Shown here: positions 9,521 to 19,735 of the stretch, one piece after another
Layout of the letters: every line of letters begins with the position of its first letter
How positions within the stretch are numbered: position 1 is the stretch's first letter
Assembly (NCBI GenBank): GCA_965247115.1
Contig: CBDFGR010000003.1
Span: 1,376,001 to 1,440,000 of the forward strand
Source: Myxococcota bacterium
GTDB lineage: Bacteria; Myxococcota_A; UBA9160; SZUA-336
Length of the DNA stretch: 64,000 nucleotides
Reading direction: 5' to 3'
Translations under genes and position numbers: made by a program
Notes under the pieces: model-generated
What the model saw: only the letters and a program-made list of their open reading frames with translations
What the model was told of the DNA's origin: nothing
Database searches by the model: none

Positions 9521-10648
9521 TTACAAGCCCTCATAGAGCGCCTTGCCGAGGCTCGCGCCGCGCGGGTCGCCCACGATGTTGTTGTCCATCTGGTTCATCA
9601 CGTAGGAGAAGCACAGGTGGGCGTCCGTATCGACGACGATGGTGGAGCCGCCAGCACCACCCCACCACAAGGTGTTCGCGTTCGGGCTCACCGGAATGGT
9701 CTCGCTCGGAAACGCGTAACCCATGCCGTAGCGAACAGGTAGCCCGAGCACCGCGTCCATTCCGTCGGTCTGCGGCTCCAGCGCTCTGCGGCAACCCGCA
9801 CTCGACAGGAGCTCCACCCCGAAGGCGCGGCCCCCGTTGGCCAGCGCCGTCTGCGCGCGCACGACGGAGCGCGCGTTGCCATGCCCGTTCGCCGCGGGGA
9901 TCTCCGCCTTGCGCCAGCCGTCGGTCCGTGTCGTGCCCGGAGTGACGTCCAGGTTGGCGAAGACCCGGCCAGGGATGGACTCCGGGTCCATCTGGAAGAG
10001 GGGCGACTTCTCCACGGCGGGGACGAGATCTGCGATGCGATGGAAGTGCTTGGGATTCACGCCGACGTGGAAATCCGCGCCGACCTTCTCGGCCACTTCT
10101 TCGCGGAAGAACGTGCCGAAGGACTTGCCCGAAACTCGCCGAACCACCTCGCCAACGAGGTACCCCTGCGTGATCGCGTGATAGCCGCTCTGGGTGCCTG
10201 GCTTCCACCAGGGCGCCTGGCTCGCAAGATCGGCGCAGGCGAGGTCCCAGTCGTACAGCTCGTCGGGCTCAAACGGGCGGCTGAACCCCGGTAGACCGGC
10301 GGAGTGGCTAAGCAGGTGCTTCACCCGCACGTCTTCCTTGCCGTTGGCCGCAAACTCGGGCCAGTACCTCGCAACGGGGGCGTCGAGATCCAGAAGCCCG
10401 CGATCGGCGAGCATCAGTGCAGAGAGGAAGGTCATCGTCTTGGTCGTGGAGTACACGTTGATGATCGTGTCTTCCTGCCAGGGCCGGGTGCGCTCCGCAT
10501 CCTGAAACCCGCCCCAGATATCGACGACGGACTCACCCTCCAGGGTGGCCGCAAAACACGCCCCTACGTCGCCGCGATCGGTGAAGTTTCTCTCGAACGC
10601 GTCCTGCACTTTCCGAAAACGCTGGTCGCAATGCCCTTCGATCTGCAT
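9521..10648 (-). CDS. Serine hydrolase (class C beta-lactamase-like esterase)
   Basis: SxxK motif (STTK), LLSHSAGL, GYHA, WGGAGGS; start set at MQIEGHC. Confidence 0.9.
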   Translation of the reverse strand: MQIEGHCDQRFRKVQDAFERNFTDRGDVGACFAATLEGESVVDIWGGFQDAERTRPWQEDTIINVYSTTKTMTFLSALMLADRGLLDLDAPVARYWPEFAANGKEDVRVKHLLSHSAGLPGFSRPFEPDELYDWDLACADLASQAPWWKPGTQSGYHAITQGYLVGEVVRRVSGKSFGTFFREEVAEKVGADFHVGVNPKHFHRIADLVPAVEKSPLFQMDPESIPGRVFANLDVTPGTTRTDGWRKAEIPAANGHGNARSVVRAQTALANGGRAFGVELLSSAGCRRALEPQTDGMDAVLGLPVRYGMGYAFPSETIPVSPNANTLWWGGAGGSTIVVDTDAHLCFSYVMNQMDNNIVGDPRGASLGKALYEGL

Positions 10649-10736
10649 GGTCCAGACTACGCAGTTGTTCGGACAAATTTCAAGCGGTGGACCACTATAA
10701 TCGCTGCTATACGGTTCACTCGAACTGGAGCCGCCG

Positions 10737-12173
10737 ATGAAGTCCTCAGAGATCCACGCCAAGCTCTCTCATCCCATCATCGACTCCGATGCGCACTGGC
10801 TCGACTTCGGGCCGATGCTCCAGCAGCGGATCGAGAAGATCGCCGGCCATGAGGTGGCCGAGCTCTTCAGGGGCTTCGAGAATCTGATCGGTAAGCCGCT
10901 CCAGATGAGCCCCGAGGAGCGGCGCCACAAGCGCGTGGCGCACCCGGGCTTCTGGCAGGTGCCCATGGCCAATACTCGCGATCGGGCAACGGCCATGATG
11001 CCGCGGTTGCTCTACGAGCGAATGGACGAGCTCGGCCTCGACTACTGCGTGATGTATCCAACCACGGGAATCGACCCGGGCGACGACGAGCTTGAACGTC
11101 GGGCGCTGCGCGCGTTCAACATCTTCTGCGCGGAGTACTTCGCCGAGTGCGCGGACCGCATGACCCCGGTCGCGATCATCCCCATGAAGACTCCCGACGA
11201 TGCGATCGAGGAGCTCGAGTACGTAACGAGCCAGCTCGGGATGAAGGCGGCCTTGATGCAAGCCATGATCCCGCGCGAGGTCCCCTCCGCGGCCGAGGGC
11301 GACGAGGGCGCGGCGAAGCTCGGTAGATGGTACGACGTGCTGGGACTCGACAGCGCCCACGACTACGATCCGGTCTGGGCCAAGTGCGTGGAGCTGGGGA
11401 TCTCCCCGACCTTCCACGCATCGGGTCGCGGATACGTCCTGCGGCGCTCGCCGTCGAACTTTACCTACAACCACATCGGTCACTTCGCCTCGACCGCAGA
11501 GGCGATCTGCAAGGCGCTCTTTCTCGGCGGTGTGAGCCGCCGCTTTCCGACGCTCAAGGTCGCGTTCCTGGAGGGCGGTGTGAGCTGGGCGTGTCAGCTC
11601 TACGCGGATCTGATCGGGCACTGGGGGATCCGGAACCGCGAGGCGCTCGAGCAGGTGAACCCCGCGAACCTCGACCACGAGGGGCTAATCGAGCTGGCCC
11701 AGAAATACGGTCCCCCCGACATGGCCGCACTTCTGAAGGACCGCTCGGCGGCCCTGTACGCGGCGACGAATCCCGACGTATCGACGGCCACCGGAGGCGA
11801 GGAGAATCTGGACGACTTCGCCGCCTGCCAGATCAAGACCGCCGAAGACATTCGGGAGCTCTTCAGCAACTTCTACTTCGGCTGTGAGGCGGACGACCGG
11901 ATGAACGCACTGGCGTTCAACGATCGAGTGAACCCTCTGGGCGCGAAGCTGCACGCGCTGTTCAGCTCCGATATCGGGCACTTCGACGTGGTCCACATGA
12001 ACGAGGTCCTGGCCGAAGCCTACGAGCTCGTCGAGGATGGTGTGATGAGCTCGGAGGACTTCCGCGACTTCACCTACACCAATCCCGTGCACTTCTGGGC
12101 TGACGCGAATCCCGATTTCTTCAAGGGGACAGCCATCGAGACGCAGGTCGCCGAGCTGCTGGGGGCCAAGTGA
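10737..12173 (+). CDS. Amidohydrolase_2 family protein
   Basis: IIDSDAH, PTFH, FLEGG, FSSDIGHFD. Confidence 0.85.
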   Translation: MKSSEIHAKLSHPIIDSDAHWLDFGPMLQQRIEKIAGHEVAELFRGFENLIGKPLQMSPEERRHKRVAHPGFWQVPMANTRDRATAMMPRLLYERMDELGLDYCVMYPTTGIDPGDDELERRALRAFNIFCAEYFAECADRMTPVAIIPMKTPDDAIEELEYVTSQLGMKAALMQAMIPREVPSAAEGDEGAAKLGRWYDVLGLDSAHDYDPVWAKCVELGISPTFHASGRGYVLRRSPSNFTYNHIGHFASTAEAICKALFLGGVSRRFPTLKVAFLEGGVSWACQLYADLIGHWGIRNREALEQVNPANLDHEGLIELAQKYGPPDMAALLKDRSAALYAATNPDVSTATGGEENLDDFAACQIKTAEDIRELFSNFYFGCEADDRMNALAFNDRVNPLGAKLHALFSSDIGHFDVVHMNEVLAEAYELVEDGVMSSEDFRDFTYTNPVHFWADANPDFFKGTAIETQVAELLGAK

Positions 12174-12232
12174 AGCTCGAGAAGCTCCTGGTTGCGAACC
12201 GCGGTGAGATCGCGACCCGGGTGATGCGCTAG
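12170..12232 (+). pseudogene. 20-aa stub of a biotin carboxylase gene
   Basis: Reads MKLEKLLVANRGEIATRVMR*; LLVANRGEIA is the biotin carboxylase N-terminal signature; GTG overlaps the upstream stop. Confidence 0.8.
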
Positions 12233-13206
12233 TACCCACCCTGTTCGTGGGTCTCGAAGAAGCGGCGCGGATTGTCGACGAGCATGGTGTCGATCTGCGC
12301 CTCGCTGACTCCGGCCTTCGAGAGGGCGGGGATCACGTCTTGACTGATGTGAAGGTAGTGCCAGTTGGGAACCGCCCCGAGGGCGTTCTCGCCGGCGATC
12401 CAGTCGAGATAACAAGAGGCATCGTGGCTGAGGACCAGCTTGTCGGCGTGATCCCGGCGGCAGAGCTCGGCGACGACCTCGACTCGGGCCTCGGTGGACA
12501 GGATGCCATCGAGTCCGAAACGGTCCATGCCGAGGTAGCTTCCGGCGGCGATCAGCTCCTCGAGATAGTCGAGGTCCTCGGTATCGCCGCAGTGGCCGAT
12601 GACGACACGAGAGAGGTCGACGCCTTCCTCTCTGAAGATGCGCTGCTGATCCAGGCCTCGCTTGGACGCGGCGCTCGTGTGCGTGGTGATCGGACAACCC
12701 GTCTGCCGGTGAGCCTGCGCGCACGCGCGAAGGGTCCGCTCGACGTCTGGCGTCACGCCCGGCTCATCGGTGGCGCATTTGATCACGCCCGCCTTGATGC
12801 CCGTGTTCCCCATGCCTTTGGTGATGTCGCGCACGAAATGGATCGTCATGGCGTCGAGCTCGTCGCCGCGCGGCTCACGCATGCGGTAGTACATGGGGAG
12901 CTCGTTGAACGTGTAGAGGCCCGTGGCAACGATGATGTTGAGGTCGACCTGTTCGGCGATGCGCGCGATTCGCGGGATGTAGCGGCCGAGACCGATCGCC
13001 GTCGGGTCGCAGATACTGTCGATCCCGGCGTCCTTGAGCTCGCTGAGCCGCCGGATGGCGTCGGTGACGCGCTCGTCCTCGTCTCCCCACTCCTCCGGGT
13101 AGTTCTGCTGGATCTCGGTCGAGATGACGAACACGTGCTCGTGCATCAGGACCCGACCGAGGTCTGCGGTATCCATCGGTCCTCGAGCGGTCTCGACCCT
13201 GGCCAT
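12229..13206 (-). CDS. Phosphotriesterase-like lactonase family protein
   Basis: LMHEH, IKCATD, ITTHT, IGHCGD, DRFG, LSHDA, NPRRFF. Confidence 0.92.
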   Translation of the reverse strand: MARVETARGPMDTADLGRVLMHEHVFVISTEIQQNYPEEWGDEDERVTDAIRRLSELKDAGIDSICDPTAIGLGRYIPRIARIAEQVDLNIIVATGLYTFNELPMYYRMREPRGDELDAMTIHFVRDITKGMGNTGIKAGVIKCATDEPGVTPDVERTLRACAQAHRQTGCPITTHTSAASKRGLDQQRIFREEGVDLSRVVIGHCGDTEDLDYLEELIAAGSYLGMDRFGLDGILSTEARVEVVAELCRRDHADKLVLSHDASCYLDWIAGENALGAVPNWHYLHISQDVIPALSKAGVSEAQIDTMLVDNPRRFFETHEQGGY

Positions 13207-13267
13207 GGCGTCTTCCGCCTGTCAGGAAACGAGGATCATACCCTGCGGGAGACGCGCCAGGGAGAAG

Positions 13268-13771
13268 TCAGTACCGCGCGTAGACCGAAGTCCTTCCCTC
13301 GGAATCGAACGCCAGAACCGCGTAGGGGTCCTTTCGACCGCTCGGAACCTCCATACCCGGGGAACCGACCGGCATGCCGGGAACGGAGAGCCCGGCGATC
13401 TCCGGCCGCTCCTCGAGAAGCCGAACGATCTCCCTGGCGTGAACGTGACCTTCGACGACGTAACCCTCGATCTCTGCCGTGTGGCAGCCGGCGAGCTCTC
13501 GCCCGACGCCGTGCCGGGCCTTGAGTGCGCTCAGCTCAGCATCGCCGAGGTCCTTCGTCATGACTGAGAACCCGTTCTCTCGCAGGTGACCCACCCACTC
13601 CTCGCAGCAGCCTCAGGTGGGGGTCTTGTAGACCGCGATGTTCCGAACGGCACGACGCGTCCCCGTGTCGCCCCCTGGCGCCTGCTGACTCTGGTACGCA
13701 ACGAGTCTGACCGCGCCACCGATCACGAGAAGGGCACCTACGATCGCAAGTCCGGTCACGCTCGACTTCAT
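13268..13771 (-). CDS. DUF411-like exported metal-binding protein with in-frame TGA at codon 53 (probable selenocysteine)
   Basis: ATG at 13771 gives a hydrophobic N-terminus, then IAVYKTPT*GCCEEWVGHLRENGF, GCHTA, EGHV and LSVPGMPVGSPGME, all in one frame. Confidence 0.8.
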
Positions 13772-13799
13772 GCTCAAGATCCCAGCTCCGCTGCGGCTG

Positions 13800-14267
13800 C
13801 TAGCTGGTCCGCAGCTCGACCTGCCCGTCCTCCGCGGTCCATCCCTTGTCGAGCGCCACGAAGTGGAACAGATGGATGTTGCGAGACTGGAATTTCCAGT
13901 CTTGGCCGACCTTCACGTACTCATCCCGGTAGTACCCGGCGGCGGTCATCGGCACGCCGTCCTGAACAGCCCGAACCTCTACTGCACAGGTGCCCCGCGC
14001 GTGAGTCGTGTCCACGATCTCGATCAGATGGTTCTGGATGAAGGGCATCAGAGTTATCCCCGAGGTTCCTCCGAACATCTTCTCGATCGCCTTCTTTCCG
14101 TGAGCCGGCGCCCCAGCGTTGCCGAGGAATGACCCGTCGTCGGCAAACAATGTGGGCACCTTCTCGCGCTCGTTGGTCATGACGTAAAAGCAGTACCACG
14201 CCGTCAACTCGCGGATCTTCTCGCGATCGAACAGCTCCTGCGTCATCTGCTCAGTGGTCATTGCCAT
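13800..14267 (-). CDS. SnoaL-like/NTF2-family protein
   Basis: DREKIRELTAWY, LFADDG, NHLIE, GYYRDEYVK, WKFQSR. Confidence 0.85.
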   Translation of the reverse strand: MAMTTEQMTQELFDREKIRELTAWYCFYVMTNEREKVPTLFADDGSFLGNAGAPAHGKKAIEKMFGGTSGITLMPFIQNHLIEIVDTTHARGTCAVEVRAVQDGVPMTAAGYYRDEYVKVGQDWKFQSRNIHLFHFVALDKGWTAEDGQVELRTS

Positions 14268-14327
14268 CGCATCCTCCTTCCGGTTGCCATCTTCGTTCTC
14301 CCGCGCTCGCGGAACTCGCCCCCGCGA

Positions 14328-15200
14328 TCAGTTGGAGATCGCGCCGGGCGAATTCGAATCGACCAGGGCCCGACTCCGCGCCGACCACGCGAACCCGTGC
14401 CGGATGCGTCCTAAGCGCCGCTCGACCCAATCCTGCATGCGGGGGTCGATGAACAGATAGAACTGATCCTCTTGGATCCCCTCGAGTACCAGCCGGCCAA
14501 CGATAGCCGGGTCCAGCCCCGTGCTCAGCAGGCTGTCGAGGTTCCCAGCGGTACCCACCGCAACGGAGCGGGCGGAGCCGCGACCGTAGTCGGAAGGCCG
14601 GTGGTTTGCCGCGTTGGCGATGTTCGTAGCCACGGCGCCAGGGCAGAGGACCGAGCAACCGATGTTGGTTCCCTTGAGCTCGCTGTACAGTACCTCGCTG
14701 AGCGACACCGCCGCGTACTTGGTCGAGTTGTAGGGGCCCCAGCCCGCACCGCTGTTCACCAGTCCCGCCATCGAAGACGTGGTGACGATGTGTCCACCCT
14801 CGCCATGGGACTTGATTCTTGGCAGAAAGGCGCGAATGCCGTAGATGACACCGAGCTGGTTCACTGCGATCACCCAGTCCCAGTCGTTCTGGGACAGATC
14901 GTCGAAGGTGCTGCCGGCAACCACGCCTGCGTTATTGCACAGCACATGGATCTTGCCAAAAACGTCGGCCGTGGCCTCGGCCGCCTCGAAAACGGACTTC
15001 TCCTTGCTGACGTCACAGACGATGCTGGAGACTCCGGCCCCCAGCTCCTTCAGCTCGGCCTCCGCTTGCTCGAGTGACTCGGCGTCGATGTCTGCCAGCA
15101 TGACCCGCATGCCCGCACCGGCAAAGGCCCGGGCCATACCCAGGCCCATCCCGCTGGCGCCCCCGGTGATGAAGGCGGTCTTCCCTGCCACGTCCTGCAT
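14328..15200 (-). CDS. Short-chain dehydrogenase/reductase
   Basis: TGGASGMG, NNAGV, YNSTK; AGGAGGAG RBS before ATG 15200. Confidence 0.92.
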   Translation of the reverse strand: MQDVAGKTAFITGGASGMGLGMARAFAGAGMRVMLADIDAESLEQAEAELKELGAGVSSIVCDVSKEKSVFEAAEATADVFGKIHVLCNNAGVVAGSTFDDLSQNDWDWVIAVNQLGVIYGIRAFLPRIKSHGEGGHIVTTSSMAGLVNSGAGWGPYNSTKYAAVSLSEVLYSELKGTNIGCSVLCPGAVATNIANAANHRPSDYGRGSARSVAVGTAGNLDSLLSTGLDPAIVGRLVLEGIQEDQFYLFIDPRMQDWVERRLGRIRHGFAWSARSRALVDSNSPGAISN

Positions 15201-15247
15201 GCTGTGTTCTCCTCCTGCTATCCGGGAGCCGATTGTAGACGCAGACA

Positions 15248-17002
15248 TCACCGCCTGGTGAAGAGGAAGTTCTCCTCGATCTTTGCCAGCACATTCTTCA
15301 CGTGGGCGATGTACTGCGGGTAGGTGCCGTTGTAGTTGCCGTCCTGCCGGCGCTGAAACTCGCCCTCGAAGTTGTAGTAGCCCGGCGTACAATCCCGGCT
15401 ACGCGAGGTCTTGCCGCGGTTCGCAATGACCTCTTGCACCCACCATTCCTCGGCCTCCGGTGTGGCATCGATCGAGTGATAGCTGTGTGTTCGGGCGTGG
15501 TGGACGCATGCAGCGATATGGTCGCCCTGCGTCTGGAGAACGTCGGTCAGGTTGAAGCGGAAGGATGCTTGGTAGCCGCCCATGATGAAGAGGTTGGGGT
15601 AGCCATGCGAGTGAACGCCCAGCAGGGTGCGGATTCCGTGGCGGTACTTGTCGCTCAGGTCGAGGTCGTTCTTCCCCCGGATCTGGTTGTAAATCCCGGT
15701 CTTCTGAACCTCGAAGCCCGTGGCGTAGATGAGGAGGTCCAGCTCGTAGACCTTGCCGTCGAAGACCGGTCCGGCCTCGACAATCTCGTTGATGCCCTTG
15801 CCCTTGGTGTCCACCAGGTGGACGTTTGGCCGATTGAACGTGGGCAAGTAGTTGTTGTCAAAGCAGGGACGCTTGCACATGAACATGTACCAGGGCTTGA
15901 GTGCCTCGGCCGTCTCGGGGCTCTTCACGATCTCGTCGATACGCCCGTGGATCCGCATCATCATGTCGATGTTGGCGTTCTCCTGCCTGCGGATCTTCTC
16001 CTCGCGTGACAACGCGGCGATCTTCGCCCTCTGCTCGGGGCTGAGCTCCGGCTCCTTCAGCGCAGCCTCACGCCGCCTTGCCTGCCAGCCGGGTCCGAGC
16101 TTCCGCGCCCAGTTGGGATCGGTGGGCCAATCGTCCTTGATGTCGACGGAGGAGGGGGTGCGCTGGAACACGTACAGCTCCCGGGACGCCTCGCCCAGGT
16201 GGGGAACGGCCTGCACTGCTGACGCCCCAGTGCCGATGATGCCGACAGTCTTGTCCCGGAGACCCGACAGGTCGGACTTGGTGTAGTCGAAGTCCCAGCG
16301 CGACGTGTGGAAGGAGTGCCCGGCAAACGACTCCATACCACCGATCTTCGCCAGCTTCGGCTTGCACAGGGTACCGTTGGCGCAGATCACAAAGCGCGCC
16401 TTCATGTGGTCGCCACGGTCCGTGCTGATGTTCCAGAGCTCCTCGCCTTCGTCCCAGACGGTGGACGTAACCGTCGTCTGGAACACGGCCAGCTCGTACA
16501 GATTGTACTTCTTGGCAATCGCCTGGCAGTGGGCGTAGATCTCGGGACCCTTGGCGAAGTGATTCTTGGGGACGTAGTCCATCTCGTCGAGCAGTGGCAG
16601 GTAGTCGTATGAGATCACGTCACACGCCAGACCCGGGTACCGATTCCAGTACCAGGTGCCGCCCACGTCGCCGCCGCGCTCGACTATGCGAATGCTCTCG
16701 ACGCCGTATTCGCGGAGACGTGCCGAGGTGAGCAGCGCGGAGAACCCGCCACCGATGAACAGGCATTCGACCGTGTCGTTGAGGGCCGGCCGGTGCTCGG
16801 TTTCCCCCGCAAACGGATCGATTGCGTACTTGTCCAGCGCTCCGGTGAGCTCAGAGGTGAACTGCGCCGTGCCTTCCGGACGGTAGCCCAGCCGGATGTC
16901 GCGCTCCTCGGCGAATTTCTCCTTGACGCGATCGTAGTGCTCCTGCGGCTGCCGTGACGCCCGGTCTGCTCGAAACGCGGACAGATTCTGGGGCCTTCTC
17001 AT
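15248..17002 (-). CDS. Baeyer-Villiger monooxygenase family flavoprotein
   Basis: GGGFSA, GGTWYWNRYPG, FAGHSFHTSRW, GTGASAVQ, ATGF; start uncertain (17002 or 17050). Confidence 0.9.
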   Translation of the reverse strand: MRRPQNLSAFRADRASRQPQEHYDRVKEKFAEERDIRLGYRPEGTAQFTSELTGALDKYAIDPFAGETEHRPALNDTVECLFIGGGFSALLTSARLREYGVESIRIVERGGDVGGTWYWNRYPGLACDVISYDYLPLLDEMDYVPKNHFAKGPEIYAHCQAIAKKYNLYELAVFQTTVTSTVWDEGEELWNISTDRGDHMKARFVICANGTLCKPKLAKIGGMESFAGHSFHTSRWDFDYTKSDLSGLRDKTVGIIGTGASAVQAVPHLGEASRELYVFQRTPSSVDIKDDWPTDPNWARKLGPGWQARRREAALKEPELSPEQRAKIAALSREEKIRRQENANIDMMMRIHGRIDEIVKSPETAEALKPWYMFMCKRPCFDNNYLPTFNRPNVHLVDTKGKGINEIVEAGPVFDGKVYELDLLIYATGFEVQKTGIYNQIRGKNDLDLSDKYRHGIRTLLGVHSHGYPNLFIMGGYQASFRFNLTDVLQTQGDHIAACVHHARTHSYHSIDATPEAEEWWVQEVIANRGKTSRSRDCTPGYYNFEGEFQRRQDGNYNGTYPQYIAHVKNVLAKIEENFLFTRR

Positions 17003-17101
17003 GCTTGCGATCCCTTCGACCGGCCATGCTACCAGATCCTTCCTTTGCACCCGCGAAGCGGCCCTCCGCCGCTAGGTCAGGCGGTCTGGCCGCTGGCCGC
17101 T

Positions 17102-18442
17102 TCAGGCAAGGGCCGTCCTGTGGTCGGGGTGAGCTACCGCACGAATGGCCTCGGCACGGGCCTCCAGGGCCAAGCCGCGGACGTCTGCAACCCCATACTC
17201 GGTGACGATGAGGTCGGCTGCGTAGTAGGGAATTGTGACGCGATTCGGGGACTCGATGCTCCGGACGACTCGCGATGTCGAGCCGTCGCCGGTGACCGAC
17301 TTCAGCGCGAGGATCGAGCGTCCGCCCGCCGCCACACTGGCCGCGAAGGCGTAGTCGGGCGCTCCGCCGGGCCCTGACAGCACGCGCGCCCCCACGGTCT
17401 CGCTGTTCACCGCGCCGTCGAGGGCGACTTCCACACCTGACTGGAGCGCGACGAACCGGTCAATCCGCGCCAACACCTCTGCGCCATGCGTGTAGCGAGC
17501 TGGCGCCATGAGAAGCCGCGGGTTGCGGTCGACCCACTTCCTCATGGGCTCGGTGCCCCATACCTCGGCCGTGATCATGTAGCCGTCGTCAAACCCCTTG
17601 CTCGAGCACGTGATCGCTCCCTTCTCCAGCAATTCCGCGCACGTCATCGACACCATGCCCGAGTGCACCGAAAGGTTCTCGTGGTGGCGCAACTGCGCCA
17701 GGATGGCATCGGGAATGGCGCCGACCCCGAACTGGAGCGTTGCACCGTTAGGTACAAGCTCGGCTGCCCGCTTCGCGATCGTCTGGACGACCTCGTCCGT
17801 TGCCGAGTCTGCCGGGCGCGGCCATCGGAACCCCTCGGGGGACTCGACCAGGAGGTCGATCTCCCCGGGCTCGAGCTCACTCGCACCGAAGGTGTACGGC
17901 ACGTGTTCGTTCACCTGAGCAATCACGAGTGGGGCGTTGCGCGCGACGTCGACGTTGCCCCCTGCCGACGTCCCGAGGCTCACCCGACCCTCGGGTCCTG
18001 GCGCACTGACCTGGATGAGGGCTGCGTCGACGGGGTACGGACCGCTGCCGAGGAATAGCCCGGAGAGATCAGAGTAACGGGCAGGCAGGATCGAGACGGT
18101 GCCGGTGTCCCAAAGTCGCTCGAATGCGGGAGTCGCCTGGGTCGTGGTGAAGCGGAAGGGGGCTCCTGCGTGGTCGAAGACCGAGGGGCGACGCACCATG
18201 TACGCCATCACCAGCTCCAGGTCTGTCCAGCGTTCACGATTGGCGCTGAGCGCGTCCAGGAGCGTCATCGGCGTGCCGGACGTGGCTGCGACGAAGACCC
18301 GGGAGTGATCGGCGATGGCCGCGACCGCTTCGTCAGCGCTGACCCACTTGCCAAGCCGCTCGCCCCGCGAGGGAGCGAGGAATGGCAGAAAACGCGCCCG
18401 GCGTGGATCGTTTGCGGCGCGCCGATCGGCATCTGTTGTCAT
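17102..18442 (-). CDS. Acetyl-CoA hydrolase/4-hydroxybutyrate CoA-transferase family
   Basis: TLQFGVGAIPDA, SGPGGAPDY, VTEYGVA, AHPDHR. Confidence 0.88.
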   Translation of the reverse strand: MTTDADRRAANDPRRARFLPFLAPSRGERLGKWVSADEAVAAIADHSRVFVAATSGTPMTLLDALSANRERWTDLELVMAYMVRRPSVFDHAGAPFRFTTTQATPAFERLWDTGTVSILPARYSDLSGLFLGSGPYPVDAALIQVSAPGPEGRVSLGTSAGGNVDVARNAPLVIAQVNEHVPYTFGASELEPGEIDLLVESPEGFRWPRPADSATDEVVQTIAKRAAELVPNGATLQFGVGAIPDAILAQLRHHENLSVHSGMVSMTCAELLEKGAITCSSKGFDDGYMITAEVWGTEPMRKWVDRNPRLLMAPARYTHGAEVLARIDRFVALQSGVEVALDGAVNSETVGARVLSGPGGAPDYAFAASVAAGGRSILALKSVTGDGSTSRVVRSIESPNRVTIPYYAADLIVTEYGVADVRGLALEARAEAIRAVAHPDHRTALA

Positions 18443-18505
18443 GTCGACATCTCGTTGCCCTCGGACATGCTACAGCGTGTAGGATCGGGGTGGAAAGGAC
18501 TCGAC

Positions 18506-19720
18506 ATGACATCCTCAGCCTCCCCGCCGCCCTACGTGCCGCAGGCCATCTTCGCACCCGAGGAGAGCAGCGCACCCGTTCCCCGCGTACTCGTCGCTCC
18601 CAACCGGTACGTTCAGGGCGATGGGGTCTTCGACCATATGGGGCGCTACCTCTCGCTCGTACCGAGCAAGCGGGCAGCGCTGCTGATCTCCCGGCGGCGC
18701 CAGCAACGCGACGGAGTCCGCCTGCAGCAGAGTCTGCGTGACGCCGCCATCGAATCTGTCGTCGTCACGTTCGCCGGCGAGTGCTCCCTCGAGGACGTGG
18801 ATCGCACCGTCGCGACCCTCCGCGCGGAGACGGTGCCGGTAGACTGCTTGATCGCGGCGGGCGGCGGAAAGTGCGTCGATGCGGGGAAGTGCGTCGCCTA
18901 CAGGCTCGGGATTCCAGTCGTCGTCTGCCCGACGCTTGCCTCGAACGACGCCCCGTGCTCCGCCCTTTCGGTCATGTACACGCCGAGTGGCGTCTTCAGC
19001 GATGTCGAGTCCTTCCCCAGCAGCCCCGCTCTGGTAGCAGTCGACACGCGGATCGTTGCCGAGGCCCCCGCCCGCTATCTCGTCGCGGGAATGGGCGACG
19101 CAATGGCAACGTGGTATGAGGCACGAACCTGTCTTGAGAGCCCCCACGCGAGAACCATGCTAGCCGCGCGCCCTACGTTGGCGGCCACCGCCATCGGCGA
19201 GACCTGTGCGAGCACCCTCTATGCCAACGGCCTTGCGGCGGCCAAAGCCGTGGAGCGTTCCGAGGTCAACGAAGCCCTGGAGCGAGTCGTCGAGGCGAAC
19301 ACCCTCTTGAGCGGCATCGGCTTCGAGAGCGGTGGTCTCGCCCTTGCGCACAGCATCGCGCAGGGACTGACCGTTGTACCGGAGGTGCATCAAAACTATC
19401 TGCACGGCGAGATGGTGGCGATCGGCCTGATCGCCCAGCTGGTTGCCGAGAAGGAAACGGAGGAGGCGACAAAGGCCGCAGAGTTCTTCTCCGCGGTGGG
19501 CCTACCGGTGCATCTGGGCCAGGTGTCTCTGTCGCCGCGTGACACCGCCGAGCTGGACGCTGTCGTACAGGCGGCCATGACGCTGCCTTTCGTCCACAAC
19601 GAGCCATTCGAAGTCAGGCCAGAGAGACTGCACGCAGACATGTTGCAGGCACACGAGCTGGGCGTTCGTGTCGCGGAGACTGCTGGAGACGCCGCCTATC
19701 GCGCACTGCGAGCGGACTGA
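18506..19720 (+). CDS. gldA: Glycerol dehydrogenase family (metal-dependent alcohol dehydrogenase)
   Basis: PNRYVQG, GGGKCVDAGK, PTLASNDAPCSALSV, AGMGDA, LSGIGFESGGLALAH, HGEMVA. Confidence 0.85.
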   Translation: MTSSASPPPYVPQAIFAPEESSAPVPRVLVAPNRYVQGDGVFDHMGRYLSLVPSKRAALLISRRRQQRDGVRLQQSLRDAAIESVVVTFAGECSLEDVDRTVATLRAETVPVDCLIAAGGGKCVDAGKCVAYRLGIPVVVCPTLASNDAPCSALSVMYTPSGVFSDVESFPSSPALVAVDTRIVAEAPARYLVAGMGDAMATWYEARTCLESPHARTMLAARPTLAATAIGETCASTLYANGLAAAKAVERSEVNEALERVVEANTLLSGIGFESGGLALAHSIAQGLTVVPEVHQNYLHGEMVAIGLIAQLVAEKETEEATKAAEFFSAVGLPVHLGQVSLSPRDTAELDAVVQAAMTLPFVHNEPFEVRPERLHADMLQAHELGVRVAETAGDAAYRALRAD

Positions 19721-19735
19721 GAGGGAAGCTCGGGC

